A stretch of 64,000 nucleotides of DNA from Chlorokybus atmophyticus (taxonomy: Eukaryota; Plantae; Mesostigma and Chlorokybus algae), in contig RHPI01002204.1 in the NCBI GenBank assembly GCA_009103225.1, forward strand, positions 124,001 to 188,000, given 5' to 3'. The position numbers and the translations under genes were made by a program. Each line of letters begins with the position of its first letter. Position 1 is the stretch's first letter. The notes below the pieces were generated by a model, which searched no databases, had not been told where the DNA came from, and worked only from the letters and a program-made list of their open reading frames with translations. Below, piece after piece: positions 57,106 through 64,000 of the stretch.

Positions 57106-60100
57106 ATGGAGTCTTCCAGCTCAACCACGTCCCTGCGCTTTTCCGGACGTGCTGGCACTACCTCGCTTGACGAATTCATCATCAAATTCCATTCCATGAT
57201 GCGACAGCAGGCTCCGAAGAACAAAGACTGGTCAGATGCGATTTCTTTTCACATTTCTGCTCAGTATCTAGACCATGAAGCACATGATGTCCGGAAGTTT
57301 GTTGCTGAACTGCATCGAGTTGATGGCTATGGCGAGCTCATCAGCACCATAGCACCCTCGTTATGGCACAATCCAGCAGCCGGCTTTCCACCTGCCACTC
57401 CCGCTGCAATCACCGGTTTGTCCATAGCGGCAACCGTTGACAGGGCAGAGGAGAAACCTGAGTTGGTAATCGTCAACTTGACCCTGCAGAAATTGAGATC
57501 AAGACGGCCGCGCGACGAACCCGGATCGTAGACCGTTCTGCTACTATCTTTCGAAGAACAGCGAACTGCAGCTGTTGAGGTGGGCACACCCCTACCTTTG
57601 GCAACACCTGGCTCTCGTGCGGGAGGCAGTGCTTTCGCCCTCGGGTCAGTCGCACTGCGCGCACTAGCCATCATTGTAGGTGCTGCCATCTTTGACTCTC
57701 CCCTCAAGGATCTATACGCTGCACTTCGCCGCACCTTCCCACCGTAAACCACTAGCAAAGTGAAAGAGTTGAGGCGGTTCCGACGCAAGCCCAACGAGGA
57801 CCCTCCACGCCTGTACTCAAGACTGAAAGGACAGTTGAAGAACAATGACTACAAGGTCGTCAGTGACGAGTATGCTGCAGTGGTATATGTCAATGAGTTG
57901 GATGCCACCCTGAGCGAGTCGACGCACCTGACCCCGAACTATAGCAGGCCCCTTGGCTACACGCTTAAGGAAGCTTTCGAGACTGCACAAGGCATCCAAG
58001 CGCTTGGTGTATGAGAAGGCAGTGCTGAACACCAACCGCAGTGCCTCTCGGCCTGTAGCCAGCACAACTACCGAGCTTCCTCGCCGCGAATGTGGCCGGA
58101 ATGCTCCCACAGCACGCGACAAGGGGAAACGGTCAGCGCATACTGCTTTGCCTGCCCTTGTCCTGTGTCATCACTATGGACGGCATGGGCACTACCAAAA
58201 GGAGTGCACCGAAGAGTACTCAACCCTGGTCTGCGACTACTGTCACAAGATAGGCCACTTGGAGTCAGTCTGCTGCCCCAGGTTCCCTGAGTTGAGATCG
58301 GCCAACGGCTACGACGGCAACAACTCTGATGGCTACAACAGCAACACTAGAGGCCACAACGGCAACAACTCTGGTGGCTACAATAGCAACCATACCGGAG
58401 GCCATAACAACAACAATGCCAATGCTCGCAAGGAAGAGCAAGGCTACAGGAGGAAGAATCGTCCTCCTCATCGCAAGGGACTGGAAGCACCTCCGCGCGC
58501 TGCTGCTGTTGCCGCCCAGGCTTCAGTCAACCCGCCAGCTGATGACCATATTGTTGCCCTCATGGCACGCTTGGAGGAACACAAGGAGCAGGACTACCGC
58601 GCCTGTTACTCTTTCCGGTGGGCACTCATGGCTCCAAAACGCACGAGAGACAACCGCACTCCGTCACGCGTTCAACCATCCCGACGAGGTCGAGGGGAAG
58701 CCGCAACATCGGCAGCAGCTACCTCCTTTGAAGCCACCAGTGGTACTGCACCAGCAGCAACAGTTACACCGGCTACGACGTCGACTTCGTCAACGTCATC
58801 AGCAACTACTCCAGTTGCACCAGAAGTTGGTACATCAGCGAGCGCCGTGACGCCAACACTGGTGAGCATGCTGGTGACAGCCACTACTGTCACCGATGTT
58901 GTAGCTGTAGGTCGCACCGGTCCCGCTCCAACTGCAGGACCACCTGTGTCAGCGAGCGTTAAGACCACTCTCGCGCCACTGAGCGGCACTCTTGCAACCA
59001 CCGACAGTGCCATCGTCGAGCCCGCTGCCACTGCAGCAGCGCGCGCAGCTACACTTGCCTGCCCTCGACGTCACTCAGCCTGTCCCGCAAGCTGAGCGCG
59101 CATGGGAGACCATCATGCGTGGAGCAAATCCCACTACCATTGCTTTTGGGCGCGGAGGAGAGCGAACAACACATGTTGAACGCAGTGACCGCCTCTTCCC
59201 ACTGCATAAATATCACACCCTGCCAGAACAGACTCAACGGCAATTGAAGGATGAGATCCTCGCCGGCGCCTCCCAAGCGAAACCGCGCCTTTGTGGTCAG
59301 AACACCTGTTGTATAAGAGTTGGCACTACAGCTGTTCTGGACTCTGCATAACAACATGCAGACTGCGCCACGCCAGCCCGCACCAGTCCGTCATGAACCT
59401 TTCGAGCCAATCCCGCTGGACACGTATTGGGACCGGCAACCCAACGTACAGCAGCACACCGCTGATGCTGCCGACATGCCTCTGGGTGACAACAAAGCAC
59501 TGAGGCCCATCAATACCGTTCGGCTTCATGAGCGCTACACCGCTCTGGAACAGGCGTTCACCTGGCGACAGGACCAAACGGCAGCAATCAATGCAAAAGC
59601 GCAAGCCCTTGGCGCTGCTTGCGCTTTCGTTCCTTAACCAACAGTCGCTGGCCCATCATTCAGCACGACACCCTCGTTGGTGAACCCGACATTGACCAGG
59701 CGAGGGCGTTGGCTCAACAAAACAGGGGGTTGATTGCCCCGCTGCTGCTCGCCTTGTTAGAAGACTTGCCTAACGATCAACGGGATCCAGGAAGAGGCTA
59801 CCTCACACCACAAGGGTGTACACAACGGGATGGAGCAGGCTCGATTGGAGAACAGCAACTTCGCACTGCGCTGTTGCGATAAGCAACTATGCTACATCGA
59901 CAAAAAGGCATCGGCCTGAGACGGATGTTGGGGATGCGAGAAGGTGGCAATGCAGCTCGAGCAAGATTAGTGACTTGACTAGCCACCAATCACCTCGCAG
60001 TCCCTTTATTCGCATTCGGCACCAGATTCTCATGGTTGGACGCCTTCTTTCGCTCGCTACGGCAAGCCTATCACGAGGTTGCCTCGGCAGCCACTGACAC

Positions 60101-62842
60101 CTTAGAAAGAAGCGCAAGAGGCCATACTGAGGTTGCCAGGGGTGGACACAGCGCGACAACTTTGACGCATCGCAGCTGCTTATGAGCAGCATGTCGAACA
60201 ATTAGAGATTTACCTCGTTGTGCGGGCGCGAGCAACGACGATGCTAGAAGTGGGGGTGGTCAATGGCAGATGGGATGCCTACATGGCAGAGATCCTAAGG
60301 GTTCCCACCATCACTCGCGACATAAGAACGCGGCTCCTGCGCGCAGTGTATCTTCAACCCATGCCGCAGAATCACCGCTGAAGTGACGTGGCCCAACAAT
60401 CCAACAGCCACATGGGAAGTTACACGGGTCAGGGAGGCAGCTCATGCTGTATGCTGGACTTATGTGGAAGAACAGGCTGCACGGGAGGCGGGCCTACAAA
60501 CACCCGGTCCTTCAGTGTTTCCTCAACAGCCACTGGCTACGCTGCCAGGTATGACCCCGGCCACGGAGAGGCACAACCCCTCTGCCCCACAACCAGGGCG
60601 ACCACAGGCAGCACCGCCAGCACCCAGGCCACAGCGTGTATACCAACAGCCAAGACAAGGACGGTTCGACCGCGGACAAGGAGGTTTGCAAGACACAGCT
60701 GGTCGAGGAACGCTTGCCGCACTGCGTTCGACACCACCGAAAGAGGCTGCAGCAGCCGTCACCCCACGCACACGCTATCGACGATTCAAGCGGCTGCGCA
60801 TCCGCGCCAACGCAGCCGCTTGAATAATCGCCAATCAAGACAAGCATGTCACTACTAATGGACGAGCACCCAAGCATGTGATGCTGGACTCTGGAGCCCA
60901 GCCTGTCATCATCGGACGTTACCTCGCACGTGACCTTGGCATCACCAGCGCTGAGCTGATGCCTTGCCCATGCGTGCTCGACACAGCTTTCGGCAGCCGT
61001 GACAAGGTGATTGGCATCACTAAGTAGGCCCTCTGCATTCGTATAACAAGGGTGGACCCTTCCCATAGCACCGAGGTCATACATAAATGTGTGGTCACCG
61101 ATGCAGGATCCTTCGACCTGTTGTTGGGACATGACTTCAACTTCCCCTGTTAGCATGGGGCTGGACTGCTGGACAAAGAAGGCATGGTTTCGTCCTCATT
61201 GGGATGAAGAGGACGGAGAGGTTCAAGGAAACCTGCCTCTCGAGCTTGTGGCTCGCACTCGTTCCCACCGGAGGTCAGCTGTAACAGCCACCTTCAGGTC
61301 AGCTGCGACAGCCACCCACAGGTCGGGTTCGACAATCACTGACAGATCATCTGCGGTGGTCACCCACAACTTGGACCAAGACTCTCCTATCCCATACGAC
61401 GAGTCTGAGGAAGATGCCACTGAAGAAGTGGCCCACTAGAAACCAGCGGAACGCCGCTGGCGTGCACAGGTGGTCGCACATCTACTTCTGACCAGTCCAC
61501 GGCTCACTTCAGGGTTCCCTCTCTATAAGAACCAAGCTGCGGTCCAGGAACAACATTAGGTGGCCACTGGAGTAGTGGAGGTTCACGTATACCGTCGCCA
61601 ACAAAGCATCACTGTGTTGGAACTACTTGGAGGAATAGGTAGTGGCCTCGCCGCTGTCCTCAACACCGGGGCGACGGTCACCAAGTACTTCTATTGTGAC
61701 CCGGATCCACACGCACGGATTGCCCTGGGCCACCACCTGCGCCACCTACACAAATGCTACCCGCAGTGACTGCCGCTATCGGCACTGCAAGGCAGTCTGA
61801 AGGCACTACCACAGGACATCCGCTGAATCACTGCGGATCACCTCTTAGCGGTGGGCAACATCGACCTGCTAAGAGCAAAATGAGAGTGTCAAGGACACTC
61901 CAAAGCAGGCAGCGACGAAGGACTCGCTGATCCTCGCTCACGACTGTTCTGGAAATTGATGCGTGTCATCAAAATGCAGCAGAGCAGCCAGCTGTCCAGG
62001 CCTTCAGAATACATCATCAAGAATGTGCACTCCGAGGACGATAAGCGCCATCACGTGGCCAACAGCTTCCGACAGGGGTGTTCCATACTGGGACATCCTC
62101 TCAAATCAACGCAGCGCGTCATGGCTTTCGTGCTCATCGCGTCCGCGCCAAGTGGACCAACCTGGCTACAGTCGAGGATCTCTCTGCTGCTGAATATATG
62201 CACAGCAATCATCCACGCAATCTCACCATCAACGCTATCCTAAACCCTGGGCGCACAGCGCAACCATTCACGCGATCACCAGCACTTCTACCAGTGCGAC
62301 TAGTTTGGTCAACCACGTCGTGCGCTCCCCACTCGGGCGTCTTGCCCAGGATCATACGCCTTTCGCAACTTAAGCGAAGGCATGGTGTTGAATTCCAACA
62401 CAGGCCGATTGGAGGAACCCAACGCACGAGGGCGCGAACGCGCAATGGCATTGTCTCCAGGCAGTATCACAGGTTCCATGCTGACCGACAGTCAGCAATG
62501 TCAATTGTTGGGACGCGCTGTGGACGAGAACAGCATGGTGTGGTTATTGGAAATATGCTTTGCTCTCCAGGACCGCCATGTGTCCTTTCAGGCGCTCGAA
62601 CACCTGGCGGGGGGGTGGGCCGATCACGTGCGAGAGACCAAGGCAGCACACACCGCCCTCTATATAATCAGCCATATGGAGGAGTATGCAGCGGTCACTG
62701 TGGAGAATATTCCAGTAGTCGCCAACGCTACCTCTTGGTCCCATGGCATTGGACCACTGGCTACAGGCCAGACGCGAGAACAACTTGAGGCTCTCCTTAA
62801 CAAGTGGAGGAGTTCCGCTTTAGCGTGAAGGAAGGGCGTTTG
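57106..62842 (+). mobile_element. Decayed Ty3/Gypsy-type retrotransposon encoding gag, protease and a DNMT3-like methyltransferase; cut by A5 near where RT would begin
   Basis: Gag-like LRRFRRKPNEDPPRLYSRL, two CCHC knuckles (58166-58272), VMLDSGAQPVIIG..FDLLLGHDF protease (60878-61137), then the MTase domain and QLEALLNKW. LTR and RT not seen in the window. Confidence 0.8.
61608..62560 (+). pseudogene. DNMT3-like C5 cytosine methyltransferase domain inside pol
   Basis: ITVLELLGGIG (I), PQDIR, IDLLRAK*ECQGHSKAG..GLADPRSRLFW (IV), YIIKNV (VI), AHRVRAKWTN (VIII), RERAMAL..QLLGRAVD..VWLL (IX/X, like DNMT3 MERVFGF..RLLGRSW). Three stops and two frameshifts. Confidence 0.87.
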
Positions 62843-64000
62843 TGTAGAGAGTCATTCCTACGTACGATCAGCATCGACCCTCCACACATGAGTAGAAGGT
62901 CGTAAGGACGAGCACTAGGTCCGGACTTAGCAAGATGGCATCGTCGGACCAGACTCCGGACTCCAGACTGGAGCCTTACTAACTGCTTCGTATCTCCGCG
63001 TATACTTACTCATATTAGGCGTGTGAGAGCTTGTTGGAAAGCTCTGATTGTAAGGAAGACAACACAGCTTAGAGCGCGTCAAAAGGCTGAGTATAGCTTA
63101 CGCAGTGCTTGCAAACGTAGACGTGTGTGTAACTGGCTGGTATAAGAACCAGCGAACAACTTGTAATAGATTGAATGTGATGTGACTTGTGTATGCTCTG
63201 GTGGCGGTAGCTCTGTCTCTGTGCATCTATGCTTGCCTCAACTACATGTGCATGCTAGTCCTTCAACAGGTTATGGGCCCACACTACGCTTGAGGAGTGT
63301 GAGACTAGCTTGTGTGCATAGTAGTTCTACACTACGGTAGCTTGTTGGTAGCAGAGCCTTGGGTGTCAACTGCAAGTGAAGGCAGGCACGACAAAGATGG
63401 AGGCGATATACGACAAGGGGCAGATTGCAAAGCTGGACACCGACAACTACAACACATGGTGCGTGGAGATGAAGGCCTTGCTCATCCACAAGAAGGTGTG
63501 GAAGTACGCTGATCTGAAGGCACCACCACCAACACCAGGAGCGAACACTGTGTGGTCAGAGCATTCAGCAGAAGCACACTCTTTGCTTGTGTTGAACAGC
63601 AAACCGCATCACTTTCCCATGCTCACTGCATGTGAAGATGGTAGACAAGCTTGGGAAAAGCTATCAGCCGTTTTCAGAGCCAAGAACAATGCCAGAAAGT
63701 TGCATCTACGCAAGCAGCTCAGCGCACTCAGGAAGGAGGCAGCAGAACCCATCACGAAGTATGTTGCGCGCGCGAGAGAGCTGTGGGCGGACCTCATCAA
63801 CGTCGGCCACAACATGGGGGAGACGGAGGTAGTGCTGGCCATTGTTGCAGGGCTACCAGCAGAGTACGAGGTCGTCGCAACCCTGCTGGAGACGTCATCA
63901 TCGGAGTTGACGTTGGACGATGTGCTACCGAAGCTGCTCACCGTGGAGCAGAGGGTTGTGAAGAAGGACGAGCAAGCGGATGCCGTCGCCTTCTACACCG
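62843..64000 (+). mobile_element. Copia A5: 5' LTR 62843-63268, PBS 63269-63280, gag from ATG 63397 running off the right edge
   Basis: Reverse complement of the A LTR, GGTTATGGGCCC PBS, open gag MEAIYDKGQIAKLDTDNY. Confidence 0.95.

Overview
Eukaryotic, heavily nested transposon cluster. A streptophyte or other green alga is inferred from GT..AG introns, a plant-type tRNAiMet primer site and a Gypsy-borne DNMT3-like domain. Positions 1-39.4 kb are a Russian-doll nest. A ~10.2 kb CACTA/EnSpm-like DNA transposon (imperfect CACAC..GTGTG TIRs at 9901 and 37576) carries Copia family A insertions (A2, A4) and a non-autonomous gag-protease-only Copia (C1), which itself contains an intact 1295-aa Copia (A3). 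To the left, Copia A1 sits in a related Copia (B) and carries a solo LTR. All these insertions are confirmed by 5-bp TSDs. Positions 39.4-50.9 kb look like the right arm of a second, large CACTA/Plavaka-like element with cargo genes. The cargo is a Cys-rich + Tudor + bacteriophage-type C5 cytosine methyltransferase (one in-frame stop, one spliceosomal intron), a Zn-finger/OTU-protease gene and an unknown divergent gene, followed by a 53-bp tandem array and a CAC-type end. Positions 51.7-54.0 kb hold one clean 7-exon host gene for a secreted, probably GPI-anchored protein. Positions 57.1-62.8 kb hold a decayed Ty3/Gypsy element with gag, protease and a DNMT3-like methyltransferase, interrupted by Copia A5. 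The best candidate for an undescribed system is the chromatin-reader-fused phage-type methyltransferase plus OTU cassette. All domain calls are motif recognition by eye, not database searches. Four single N bases (2009, 2287, 6809, 16059) flag assembly uncertainty.
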